Assembly: GCA_900088475.1 (NCBI GenBank)
Contig: FLMG01000904.1
Span: 62,001-126,000 of the forward strand
Source of the DNA: Hyphochytrium catenoides
Lineage: Eukaryota > Protista > Hyphochytriomycota
Reading direction: 5' to 3'
DNA: 64,000 bases
Positions 23,231 to 35,158 of this stretch are shown here, in pieces (the first letter of the stretch is position 1; every line of letters begins with the position of its first letter). The translations under genes were made by a program, and so were the position numbers. The notes under the pieces are model-generated. The model was not told the DNA's origin. It saw only the letters and a list, made by a program, of their open reading frames with translations, and did no database searches.

Positions 23231-24599
23231 CTTTATCTTCAGCAATGCTTTGTCTCTGTTTAGCGTGGTTTGAAGCCCGGAGGGCTCTTCAGTGGTGTGC
23301 GTCAATTTCAATGCCCGAGGTCTCGTTCTAGGTAGAGTTTTATAAAGAGCGGCGGAAGCCGCTGAGAGCTTCACTATAGCACGGGTTGTCGACTTGTCTT
23401 ATGTCATGGAGTAGGAGGCACCGTCCTTGTTGATCAAGCGCGCGGGCCTTAGGCAACAGAGGCTCCCTACCTTATTCTCAAATGTCCTTCTCTCCTCGTC
23501 AGCCCTCTCTCGAGTCTGGGCTCGGTGTGTTTTGAATGGGGAAGTGGAGGTCTCCACTACTCTGCCAAAGCTGTACTGCACAGCCACAATCACAAGGAGA
23601 CAAGGGGCGGACATGAGGGAAATGAGAGGGCAACAAGAGAGGGAGCAAAGGAGCAGCGAATAGCAAGAGGGAGAAGGAGAAGGGGAAGGGAAGGAGAGAG
23701 AGTCATACAGTCTGAGAGGATACAGAGTCCACGCTTGTCGCCTCCAAAACTAAGAGCAAAGTCCACCGAGACGCTCTGAGACTGTGAACTGCTGATGCGC
23801 CCCTCTCACTTAGGACTTTCTCAACTCCTCCCTCCCTTCTCTTTCTGCCCCTTTCAAACAAAAGCTTTGACTTTCACTCCCAGGATCCTCCCTCACTTCC
23901 ATCTCTGGGCGGAGTGGATATGAGCAGAGCGTATGAGCCGACTATCCCTAATGTGGAAAGGGGGACGGTGGGTAGGGGAGAGATTGTATGCCTCTGTTTC
24001 GTTCTCTGGTAATCTGTCTTGTCTCCATACGTTTTGCCCTTTTGTCCAACTCATTTGTAATTTCTTTGTGTCTTGTCAAGGCAAGTATATCTCTTCCTCT
24101 ATCTCATAACCTTATCATCACTCTGTCTTCTAGAACCGTGCTCTGTCTCAGCTGATGAACAGCCAGTTCTCAACACAGTTCTCTGTGCTCCAGTGAGATA
24201 GGCGGATGGGGTTGAAATGAGATGCAAGCTTTATTGCTTGCCTTTATCTCGTCATCCGGACAGACGGGGCTAGATAACTTTTAGACCGACTCTGTCTGTC
24301 TTCCTCCTGTTCCTTGTCAAAAAGAGCAGGACTTATTCAACAAAAGTGAGGAGAAACAGAAGAATGAAAAAAGGTTATTAGGTTTCCCTATTCACGCGGC
24401 GAGAAAGAGTGTCAGGAAACGCGCTATGGGTTTGCAACCTTGTAGAAATGTGGTGATACCACTAATAATTACCGTCCTTTCACTATACTTAGGTGCACAC
24501 CACTCTGCAAGACGCCTACCTCTATCATCAATGAGAACTAGTTAGAGACGACTTCCGGATCGAAGCTTCTGGCAAGTCACAGGAACCGAGACTAAGATC

Positions 24600-25130
24600 G
24601 CGTCCATCTGGCCAAGATCTTAGACTAAGAATGATCCAGCTTAGAAAGGTCGGAAGTGGAAGGAAAATAGCGAAACTGTCTCTCAATGATTGGCATTCAG
24701 GAGTGGCTTTGATGGCCGTTCTGTCTAAGAGCAAGGAAAGCAGGAAAGGTTCTTAGATGTTCCTGATGATACAGAGCCTGCTTGTGTGCTGACATCACAG
24801 AGCATAAGAGAGACAGGCTTATCTGTGTCACTGGATTCTTAGGCTCTGGAGTCCAAACCAGAACCTGTTCAAGCCTGACTGCTCGTCCGTAGTCAGCCCT
24901 TGGTGTCTTGTTGCATGCATCCTTCCTGCCAATACGATTGTGACTGAAGAGTTTCCCAGTATGAGCTTGACTTGTACTCCTCAGGATACAACTACATCCC
25001 ACATGATGCCTTGCTCCGATCTCTTTCACACGTTGCTTTGGGGAAATTATTATGAACCTTTCGGAGACAGTAGTATCACCTTCTCAGAAGAAGGGCCTTT
25101 TGGAAGGTCTTAGAGACAGGGAAAACTAAC
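24600..25130 (-). mobile_element. Highly decayed hAT-like transposase fragment (C-terminal part)
   Basis: Interrupted reading gives ...EGDTTVSERFIII... then HQEHLRTFPAFLALRQNGHQSHS*MPIIERQF, resembling the hAT dimerisation motif (W..H...FP.L..LA...L..P.SS...ER.FS); contains stops and frameshifts. Confidence 0.3.
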
Positions 25131-25321
25131 AAATATATCTGCAGACTACTCCTTGAAGTCAGGATCTCATCAGAAGTCAGACTCATCAGAGGGATGGTTC
25201 GGCTCCAAGCCTAAGATCACAACCGTTTTGTTGCTTGACATAGGCTCGGTCTGACTGCTGCCAAAGACCTTCGTACCTCTCGCTTCTAGATCACAGAGAA
25301 GAGAGAGGAATTCCTTGGAAG

Positions 25322-25413
25322 TGAGCTCTTTCACTTTTATAGTGGAAGAGTCGATGTGGAATGACGATCGTTTCACTTAAAGCACTCTTCCACTATGAAA
25401 GTGAAGAGCCTCA
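25322..25413 (+). ncRNA. Pre-miRNA-like stem-loop (92 nt)
   Basis: 25330-25351 pairs with 25384-25405 over 22 contiguous bp (one U-G); inner 9-bp stem 25356-25364/25368-25376 with two G-U pairs; basal pairing extends to 25322/25413. Structure is seen in sequence; expression is not demonstrated. Confidence 0.4.
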
Positions 25414-25979
25414 TTACTAGCTACCCTTTTATTACCCTTATCTACTGACAAACCTACAGGACTACGTCGTGTAAGTGTGAGATTTCGTGGTGGTCTCTCT
25501 TTGCAGTTCACGGCATTGCTCCTATGCCTGATGATGAAGCTGCTGCAGGAAGGCCATGCATAAACCATCTGTTCTACTACTCATTTTCAGCACCCTTATT
25601 ATTACCATACACTCTGCTGGCAATAGATGCTAACTCCTGTCTCGTCTGTCGCAGCAGGGGACTAGAGGCTCCGCTCGTCTTCTGCTCTATCGCCAGTGAA
25701 ACTCCCGAGTAAGCCAAACCGAGACTCCGAAAGTCTTAGTCCTGCTTGACATTCAAGGTCCCTGGACGCCCTCACTGCATCCTCTGTCGTAAAGCTACCC
25801 AGCCTTCCTTGTCCAATAGGACTCACGACTAATAAACATAGCCTTGAGTGAACCTCCTCAAAGCTTATCCGTCGCCCTAATCGCTCTTGCTACATAGAAA
25901 CATGAGAGATATGAGACTTGTCCAGGGTGTGCCTCAAGATAGACGGTTTTTCGGGACGCATCAAGTCGTCTGGACGTTT

Positions 25980-26380
25980 GGCACTGTATCAAAGACTGGC
26001 TTTGGTGGACCACGCCCCTATAAGCATCAGTACTGGCTGGAACAAGAAGGGCCATGTACACCTAAACTTCCTCGTTGTATCCCGTTATAGTTTCTAGCTC
26101 CTAGCTCCACAGGATGAGGACAATCCTTTGATGGCGAAGATGTGACACCGAGGCTGTATTTGCTGCTTGGTCAGAGAGCCCTTCTTCTGCACACAGACCA
26201 ACAAACACGAAGGTGACATTTGCGCCGTCCTTGTTTGCATAGACAAACCGCTGCGCTGCGTCATAGAATCAGGTTCTATGTCAGGTGAGCTGTCACGCTC
26301 GCGCTTGTGTGCTCCTGTGCTCCTAGATGGACGGGGGCTTAATTAGCCATAGAGCTCGCACCGCAACTACGCTCCCCTTT
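25980..26380 (+). mobile_element. Highly decayed hAT-like transposase fragment (catalytic region)
   Basis: Colinear broken motifs ISISTGWNKKGHVHLNFLVV (cf. SxxxDGWT...INF), STG*GQSFDGEDV, LLHTDQQ (cf. VVTDNA), CAAS*NQV (cf. CxAHxLNL), PRWTG (cf. TRW), spread over several frames. Confidence 0.3.
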
Positions 26381-27339
26381 GTTGTCTTCATCACAAGGCA
26401 ACACTGCTATTCTATGCGTCGACCAGACAGACAGGCCATCACAAGGCCATAAAGGGCGGACAATTTACTTTGTACATACTCTGTTGAAGTCGGTGATCGG
26501 TACAGGTAGGGCAAACCCTAAGAAGTCGATAGTATCCGCGAGTCTTAGCTCTTTTGCGTTATGATCTGAAGAAGGTACTATGAGGGATAACTCAAAGAAG
26601 GTGGCACAGAGCAGCCGGCAATATTGTCCTCCTAGTAAAATAGGTAGAAATCACCGCGCTTCTACTATTGCGTTGAGCTCTTCTTCGAAACATCACTAGT
26701 CGTACCGTGCTTTTTCCTTGTCCTCTTCTTGTTGCCCGACAACAGCCTCGAACACTCTACGATCTTCACCAGCATGTTGTCTTCGAACTGCTCAACGCTC
26801 AAGGCAAGCGGTGATGGTTAAGCAAGAGCGATAAATAACGGACCTCAGCCAAATAACGTGGTAGTAGCAATCTATCAAGCCTTCTGCAACTCTTCTTCCG
26901 CATCTTGCTCGGCTTTTTACTGTCTCTTCTTCAGGTTCGTCTACCCTTCGTCATTTACCTCATCTTAAAGCAGATAATACTGATGGAAAATCGGGCGGGC
27001 GATATGATGGAGGGCCTAATGCAAATTCTATTAGAACAAAGCTTCATTCTACCGCTATCCGACCTTCACCAGCAGTTGACCTTGTGGGAAGTAGAGAGAT
27101 GCCTCCAACAAATAGAGAGGTCACTTCGCTGAAGGTATGCTTATCCCCTGCTCTTACTCGTCAACTATCAAAGTCTCAATGATTGTTGGTTGTTCGAAGA
27201 CGTCGAGTGACAGGCTAAGAGCTACTTCACCTGGCTAAAAAGGGGTCGCCTTAACCGGGTGAGCGACGCCTAAAGTGATGAGCGGCCCTGCTGGACTCCG
27301 AGAATAGCCAAATGCGCCATAAGCTACGGAGCTCTTGAG

Positions 27340-27610
27340 GAGGACAAAGAGTGTTTGGCATGAGTCTGTGGTCTCGCTGATGGTTGATGCTACATCGCCC
27401 ACGAATGATGATGTACTCGGTAGAACTCATCTCCTGAATACGTCCGTGCCAGACAGAGGAGCGAGATTGGGTCTGCATTCGTGGGCGATATATGGGCATG
27501 GATGCGAGCTCGAACCCTATGTTTAGAAGGAACGCGCATCGATTGCCACACCATTAATAAAACACCCTCAGTAGTGGAGGGTGCCTTCAATCAGAACTGT
27601 GGCAGTAATA
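27340..27610 (+). mobile_element. Second decayed hAT-like transposase fragment
   Basis: VVSLMVDATSPTNDDVLGRTHLL...LGLHSWAIYGHGCE then frameshifted LEGTRIDCHTINKTPSVVEGAFNQ, resembling hAT (SLTTDxWTS...YLGVTAHFI...L...GSHTGE...I...VTDNASN). Confidence 0.28.
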
Positions 27611-27965
27611 GGCGGAGAACGACACCTCGTGATCGAGATGTAACAGGCAATCTCCTCAAAGGGAGTAGTGACCGCAGCTGAGCCTCGGTTGTCTCCAATG
27701 ACCCCATTTGTCGGCCTGAGCTACGAAAGCCCTTGAAGTCAGGGATGGTCAACGTGAAGCTGACACTACGACCCCTTAAGCGACACGTAGAAAGTTCTTA
27801 ACGCCAAACTATCCTGTAGGAAGCTATGGCAAGGGTCTAGCGGTGCTGACCGTTTAGTCTTTAAGAGAAGAGTGAGCCATCACCGCGCCAAAACCCGAAC
27901 TTCATGTCTTTCCTAGAATGGTTGGTTTATAGGAGAAGTGTAGATGAGGCCAGGCTGTGCTCGTT

Positions 27966-28415
27966 TCAACACGTTGAGCTTTCGCTGGGGCCGCCAGCAC
28001 TGATCCGTAGCAAGCTTAATCGTCTTCTCTCTGACAGCCAGAGGTAAGCTCGCTCCACATCCTCTTCATCAGCAAGAAACCTCTCCGAGAGGCACTTTAC
28101 GCTCTCGATACGCTGCTCCCACTGCAGGGTGACTCCAGCTTTCACAAGAGTCGCTTCACCCTTGTGACTAATGATGGTAGTATTGACGCGGGATATTCCA
28201 AGTCGGATGATGAACAGGGCTGCAGCTTTGCCGACAATTTTATCGACAAGGAGAAGATCCTGCCTAGATATGCTGCAATTATGTTGGCTAAGAAATGCTT
28301 CAAGGTCGAAGAGCGGATGAAGCCATTTCTTGGCGCTTTGAAAGAGCAACTCTCCTCTGTTATAGACCCTAAGAGTGACTCCTTGTGGAAGCGCGGCGAG
28401 CTCTGGTGCAGCCAT
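27966..28415 (-). CDS. DUF1893 / TM1506-like protein (cytidine-deaminase-like fold), intronless, 149 aa
   Basis: Single ORF with LFQSAKKWLHPLFDL, DKIVGKAAALF, V.T.IIS, W...I, and C..E..L...D.E.AY, matching the DUF1893 pattern D(K/R)(I/V)VG(K/R)AAA...C..E. Confidence 0.8.
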   Translation of the reverse strand: MAAPELAALPQGVTLRVYNRGELLFQSAKKWLHPLFDLEAFLSQHNCSISRQDLLLVDKIVGKAAALFIIRLGISRVNTTIISHKGEATLVKAGVTLQWEQRIESVKCLSERFLADEEDVERAYLWLSERRRLSLLRISAGGPSESSTC

Positions 28416-28951
28416 TGCGTCCGCTAGTCGCGCTTTTGTTCCTGCAGTGCTAAAGCTCGCCCATTGTTAAGGACCAGCTTGCAGGGTGCACCATCAGAAG
28501 CAACTTAAAGGTTACTTTGATTCTTTAGGCATCCGCGTCAGGAAGAAGTTAGAGGACTGCTTTGGCAGCAATGAAGAGGCAGCATGCAGCCGGATGGTAG
28601 AACCTCAACAGCACCTACTCTGGCCTGTTGCTTCTTGGGATGGTGGTCTTTCACCTTATTCAGGAGACAGCAGACACAATCGCCAGCATTTATTGACAAG
28701 GATCTCTCTATCTTCTCTCTACAACTCGAGGTTCTAGGAAGGGTTTTCGGGTTGTGTCAAACGGAGTTTGTGATGGTTTCAAGAAATCTTTGTGGGCAAC
28801 TCTGGCTTGAGCTAACTGTATATCTTACTCACACGCATTTCTGAATCTCCTCACTTAAAAATTGATATGTTCGTCTTTCCACAAATCTCTGTCTCGCCAC
28901 AAGCCGTATCTCTTTCTATCAAGTTTCCCTTCGTCTGGATTGTGCGACCAG

Positions 28952-31466
28952 ATGAAGAAGGCTGAAAATGAAGCTTCAGTCGTCGACCATCGAACCCTGA
29001 TCTCCACTTCGGGGCAAAGTCCTCCATTCAGACCAAGAAGGCGCCCAAGGAGATCCTTGTCTGAGCTGCGGGACCCAGCAAACGCCATGGAGCCTGCTGC
29101 AGCTGCCGTTAAACGTCTGTCATTGGGAGGACAGCTTCGCCCGCCATATGTAGATATTGAAATCAGTCCCCCAGTCCGGATTGGGGAAGGGCTGAACGCC
29201 CACAACGTCTACACGATTACCGCCAAGAATACAGAGACTGATGCCACCGTAACAGCTTCTCGTAGGTTTTCGGACTTCGTCTGGCTGCACTCATATGTAG
29301 GAGAACATCTCAAGTTTCCAGGACGTTATCACTAGCCTCATTTGCCGCACTCCACATCTCCTCTCTCAACAGCTGTCAAAGAATGGGCCTGGATATATTA
29401 TTCCTCCTCTACCTGATAGGCATTCTGGACCTCTACCTGATGCAGAGTTTCTTGCACGGTAGGTCATTCACCAGAGCCTTCTCTGTCGTGCTGGGCGTGC
29501 ATCTGATCAATGAGAACATCGGAAGCTGATACTTACTGTGCCTCTCTGGGGTGGTATAGGCGGCGAGAGGGACTCATAGCATTTGCTGGGCGCTTGATGG
29601 CGCACACGGTTCTCAGAGAGAGTGAAGCTGTGAGGCACTTCTTTGAGGATGATGCAGCTGCTTTCGCAGAGTAAGTGAACTTGACGTTTGATAGAATAGA
29701 CGCCATTCCTCGCCCTCTTTGCTTCCTAACTCTTCAGTTTTTTGGGCCCAGGATCAAGCAACAGACTAAAGAAAAGCTGACAACAGAAGGGGTCAAAGCC
29801 GCGGGATCCACCTGGTGGGGCAAAACTGTGCAGAGACTCGTAGAAAACGACACGGTGAGGAGGAAATGAACACTCAACGGCTCTTAAGACTATCAATTAT
29901 CTTAGCGCTACCGCCCTACCTGCATATCATCTAAAGGTGAAAGCTGTGGCAGCAAAAGCTGGCAAAGATTATCAGATAGAAAAGTCGACCGCCGATGTTG
30001 AGTTCAGCAAATGCCTGGCCTACGTGGATCAACTCATCAACCAGATGAAGGCTTTGCATGGGCGCGCCTTTAACCTACAAAAGGCCTGCCTAGCAGCCAG
30101 CGCTGGGTGGACCGAAGTAGCAGCATCGTTGGCGTGGCTTCAACAGCTGGAGACCCAGAATGTAAGGAGTTTCCCCGCCATTTATATGCTTTCACTCATC
30201 TTCGGGCTGCAGGAGGATATGCGGGATGTGAAGATCAACGGAATTGAACCGTACTTGCTTGCTAAGGCAAGAGTCAGTGAAAGAGAAATCAAGGGCTTCA
30301 GCGATGCCGTAAGTGGTCCCACCACGCTTCAATCTCAAGCTGCATGGCTCGCGCTGACTCTGAATCTTTCCAATCTCCATATCTCTCACAGCTGGGCGAG
30401 TACATTCGCTATCTGGGGGCTGTCAAAGACTGTCTTCTGGTGCGTGAGGATCGTAGGTAAACCATCTCTTCTCTCACACCTTAAGGCGTCATATTTTGAC
30501 AGTGTTCTCTCAATTTTGCAGATTCCTTTTCCAGTCGTCTCTATCGAATCTAGAGAGGCTAGAGAGCTCCGGCAAGGTTGGAGAGGCCGCCGTCGCATCC
30601 GATCGTGCCCAAACGCTAAAGAACGAGTATGATATGGTATGACTTACCTATCGCAGACAGTCCATCGCCCATTCTTCCCTAACATATCTACGTTAACCCT
30701 CTTGCCGCACCTTTGGTTCAAGATCCACAAGCGAGTGATGAATGAGTTTATAGCTTTCCTGAAGGAGAAGCCCGCAGAGATACGTGGGATCATTTTGGAC
30801 TTTGCAAAGCTTCAGCTAGAACTAGAGTCAGAGCTGGCTTTTGGGCGGAACTCTATGCTGTCTAACCTGAACTGTGAGTATATCGTTGTACCTCTGCTCC
30901 TTTCCACACTTTCCTTTTGCGGCCCTTGACGCCATGTTGTCGAGTTGTCAGGGTTATCGCTCCAAAAGGGTGACCTTTCCTCTACCTGTCCATAACTTCT
31001 ATGTCCAGATACTACCCAAGGAGCGGAAGGCGGTACAGCAACAGCCATAGCTGCCATTCCAGCTGCTCGCCCAGAACCTCCGTTCAAGTCAAGCGGAAAC
31101 CTGAACCCTTTCGCCGTTGGCACTAATCCTTCTGCCCCCAAGCAGGAGCAGGACAAAAAGTCTTCAAACTTAGTGCCGCCTACCCAGACGGCCATAGCTA
31201 GCTCCATTCCCCAGCGGGGCTCCAACCAGGCTGACAATTTAGCAGGGACTAACCCCTTCGTTGGCGCTGTGGAAGCTGCCCCAGCCGTAGCTGTGGGGAT
31301 TACACCTACAGATTCGACAAGGGAAATGCTGCAGATGCTTCCTGAAGCCATGCTTGTGTCCTCAGCAGATAGCAGTCGTGGTCAGCATCAGATGACAAGG
31401 CCATCAGCACCTCCCCCATCAGAGCGCGGGAATAAGGAAGGCCCTTACTCAGAAGTAGCTCTATAA
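28952..31466 (+). CDS. PX-BAR sorting nexin (Vps5/SNX1-like), multi-exon
   Basis: PX motifs GEGLNAHNVYTI, RRFSDFVWL, GYIIPPLP, EFLARRREGL, HTVLRESEAVRHF; helical BAR-like region (DVEFSKCLAYVDQL, IHKRVMNEFIAFLKEKPAEIRGIILDFAKLQLE); low-complexity tail with NPF motifs. Confidence 0.85.
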
Positions 31467-32364
31467 AAATGTACGGTTATTCAACTCCCACTTCGCAGGT
31501 TTCCTCTTAACTATGGTTCAGAACTATGATAGACTCTTCGAGCTAAAGGCTCTTGGGAGGTGGTTCGATGCGGAACTCTCTAGTGGCATCTAAAGTACCC
31601 GCTGTTCCCATCAACATAACCGCTGGAAGGCTCATATTACCTGTCGGCCCTTTGTCTTTATCCATAGCTGCTGTTATAGCAACAGTTCAAATGTACCATG
31701 GCGGTTGGGCGGTCGTGACGTGTGCAGACGGTGGTCTAGCCCCGGTGGCTACCTAGAAGAACGCTGAAAGCCTCAGAATCCCTCCCTAAGATCGACTTCC
31801 CTTCCCGAGGAGAACGCTGAAACCCTCAGACACTCTGCATTGCCGCTTGACCTCGAGAAGCTGGCCGCTTAAGAATTGCCCAGCAGCCCGAACTCCCTAT
31901 AGAGAGGATATTGAGGCCTTCCTGGTGCTTGTTGCTTTGCACTCGAGTCACTGCCGTCATCAGGCTTTGGTCGGCCGTGGCCGTTCACCCAAAGCTTCAA
32001 CCACCGGATATAGCCGCTAACAGTCTGATTGAGGGTGATAGATGCAGATGGAGATTCTCATAATTCAGAGAGAAGCTTACATGCTCCATCATCTCCACAT
32101 CGTCTAAACGCTAGTGATCTCTCGACATAGCTCACCACCTCATCACTACGGCTTCCTCCTCTCAACACATCCAGACGTAACTACTCTCCAGGCGCTCCAA
32201 CGTTGGGGAGCTTCGGAGGATCAACGGATGTCCATTAAACACCAGTCTTCTTGCAAACCTTGTCCTAGAGAACCAAGAGGCAGACTATCTTCAACTGAAC
32301 TGTCGAGTGGGTCGCCTCCTAAAGCTAGCTGGTGCTTTCCCAGAAAAGGATAAATCTCTTCGCT

Positions 32365-34242
32365 ATGGCCAATCGCCGTAACAATCATCGAGGATATCAG
32401 GGGAATAGACGGCGCTCTGGACACCACGATGGCAATCAAGGAGGCGGAAGAGGAGGATTCGGTGGCAGCGGAAGCTATGGAACTGGCGGAGGATCGTCAG
32501 GGTACCAGGATTCCAAAGGCCTCTTCGGCTCGGGAACTCAGAAAAGCGGTGGTGGCCAAAGTAGCGTTGGGAGCTGGGGGTCTAACGACAGTTCTAAGAG
32601 CCGAGTTTGTGAGCATTTCCTTCAAGGTCGGTGCAGGTTTGGAAATAACTGCAGATTTTCTCATGACTCGCGAGCACAAGGCAGCAGAGAGAACCAGAAC
32701 GTAAACAATAGCNNNNNNNNNNNNNNNNNNNNNNNNNNNNNNNNNNNNNNNNNNNNCGTCTCCATTTGGAGCTTCTTCATCAGGCACTGGACTGGGTGCC
32801 ACGGCCTCTCCCTTTGGAGCTCCGTCCTCGGGTGCGGGAGGTAGTCCTTTTGGCGTGGCCAGCGGCAACTCCTCGTCCTATGGCTCCTCCACTTCATCGG
32901 CCTTTGGAAGTCAGAGCAGCGGTCACAATCCTTTTGGTGGCGGCTCTTCTTCCTCGGCTTTTGGAAACCAGGGCAGCGGTAACAATGCTTTCGGCTCCAC
33001 CTCTCATTCCTTCGGCTCGTCTCCATTTGGTGCTGCGCCTACTGCAGCGCAAGCTTCTTCAGGTACATCTGCCTCGAACCCGTTTGGGTCTGGCGCTGGT
33101 GCACAGGCCTCCTTTGGACAAGCTTCGTCGTCACCCCTCAAAACTGACTCTGCGGCTCCGTTCGGGGTGACATCGGCATCACCTTTTGGTTCTTCACAGG
33201 CATCCAGCCCATCTCCGTTTGGAAGTGGAGCGCCTGCTGCTGCTGCTCCGCCATTTGGAATGGCGGCGACCAACAATCCCGCGCCATTTGGATCTTCGCA
33301 GCAAGCACCGTTCAGCAACACACAAAACCATTCATCCTCTCCTTTCGGTAATACGAGCCAGACCTCCAGTAACTTTGGCAGCTCAGGCACTAGCGGGAAC
33401 CCCTTTGGTACCAGTGCGCCATCAACTTCTCCCTTTGGAGCTGCATCAGCATCGGGTGCTCCTACAAATGGATCCGGTAAATTTGCTGCAGCTGCGCCTG
33501 CCGCTGCAAGTGGCTTTGGTAGCATTTCAACAGCTTCGCCGTTTGGTACTACTGCCATAGGTGGAGGCCCTTTTGGGTCCGCAGTCAGCCCCGGTAAGAC
33601 AAGTCAATCTTTCTTCTATGTCTCTTGCTGTCTGTATCGTCTCTCTCGTTTGTTCTAGCTTCAACGCATCCACGCATAATCAGGTGTCGCACTTGTGTTT
33701 TTTTTTCATCTCCTTTGCTGTCCGGTCTCTACGGGTGGAATGCCTTCATGGTCCTTCTTGAAGCGGACGAGACTAGGAGGAGATTGGTCTACTTCACTGA
33801 CCAACTTTATTAGGCACTTCAGGGGCGAAAGCTAGCGGTATGTCTATGCAAACAAAGGACTCCAGCATAGCAATGCAAGGACTTGGGTCATCATCAGTCG
33901 GAAACTTTAACAAAGGTACGGACACCTATCGAACCTTCATAGCCTCCGCGCCTTGCTCATACATCTTTTACGTCTCTCTGTCTTTCTTTCGAATGGCATG
34001 GTACAGTAGCCACTCCGACTCTAATGGCAAGCGCCCCATCTACCACGTCAAACAAAGGTAAGGTTTGGTTTCAAGATGTCATTGACATTGAACTGAATCT
34101 GATTCTAACTGCGAGTGCTTTAGCTCCAAGCACTGCTTCCTCCTTCAGCTATAGCGAGAATTGGGTTGAGGAAGCTTACGCTGCTCCTCGCTTTGAGTAT
34201 GGACGTATACCAGATGTTCCTCCACCGCTTGAGCTATGTTAG
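32365..34242 (+). CDS. NUP42: NUP42/CG1 (NUPL2)-like FG nucleoporin with CCCH zinc finger
   Basis: CCCH finger CEHFLQGRCRFGNNCRFSH; many SPFG/NPFG/SAFG repeats (about 32760-33580); C-terminal EEAYAAPRFEYGRIPDVPPPLELC matches the Nup42 Gle1-binding motif (F..G.IP..PPP.EL). N gap 32713-32756. Confidence 0.85.
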
Positions 34243-35158
34243 AAAAGTGGACGTGTCTTTTCTTTCCATCTTGCATCAAGAAAGCGTAACAATGGAGACG
34301 AGCGGCATAGGTTTACCTCCCGTTGCGCTCACGCGGCCGGTACCTGTTGTTAAGCGCTGTTTGACGGAGCACTGAGTGACGGAGACACTTCAGGACAATT
34401 TAGGGACCATCTAACGTTAGGGCAATAAGGGTCCTTAGTAGGCGTCATCTTCCCCTCATCTTACACCTTTAGCATAGCTTGAGGTCCTCCTTTATTTATT
34501 GCAACAACTTGTCAGGTTAGATAAATCGATTGATTGTGTGCCCACCACGAAGTCAATGTGAAGTCTGGCCTCATCTGTAGGTCCTGCACAGCATGCAGCG
34601 CAGCCAAACTCTAGACTCCCTTGGACCGTCTTGCTACGCCCTGACGAGTGACATCACCTATGGCATCCTCTCTACCTGAAGCCTTCCTCCTCCTTCCGCG
34701 TGTGATGAGAGTGGAAGAAGGCATCGGACCTCAACATCAACTGACAGCTGGTCCTGGGGGTACTCTGGTAGGCTTGTGTTAGCATTCTGATGGTATGGGA
34801 GGGGCCAGAGTGGCAGCAGCAGCTTTTGATCGAACACCTGCCGCAAGACAGACAGCAACCTACTAGGGACCGTGGCCTCAAAGCTAAAGAGAGGCAAAGC
34901 AGCAGTCGAAGAGCAAGCAGCAGAGCTTCTTACTTCCTTGGCGCTGCCAATCAGCCCATAAGGACGAGAGGAAAACTAATGCTGTGGTTGAACAATGAGA
35001 ACAGCGCTATCGAGGTAGCGCGTCACCTCAAAAGGCTGTCGTAGAGATAAGGTGAAGACTAGAGCTCTCTTTACAAGGATTGTGAGCTTATCAAGAGTCT
35101 CTTCCTTGGGACGCGGATTCTCAGGCAGCGAAGCGGGGTTGGGCAAAATCTCTCAGCC

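Noticed and set aside
31758-31830. Mini CRISPR-like repeat-spacer-repeat
   Set aside because: Only two 20-bp copies, eukaryotic context, no cas genes.
32760-33590. Tandem DNA repeat or repetitive element
   Set aside because: Periodicity is explained by the encoded FG repeats of the nucleoporin.
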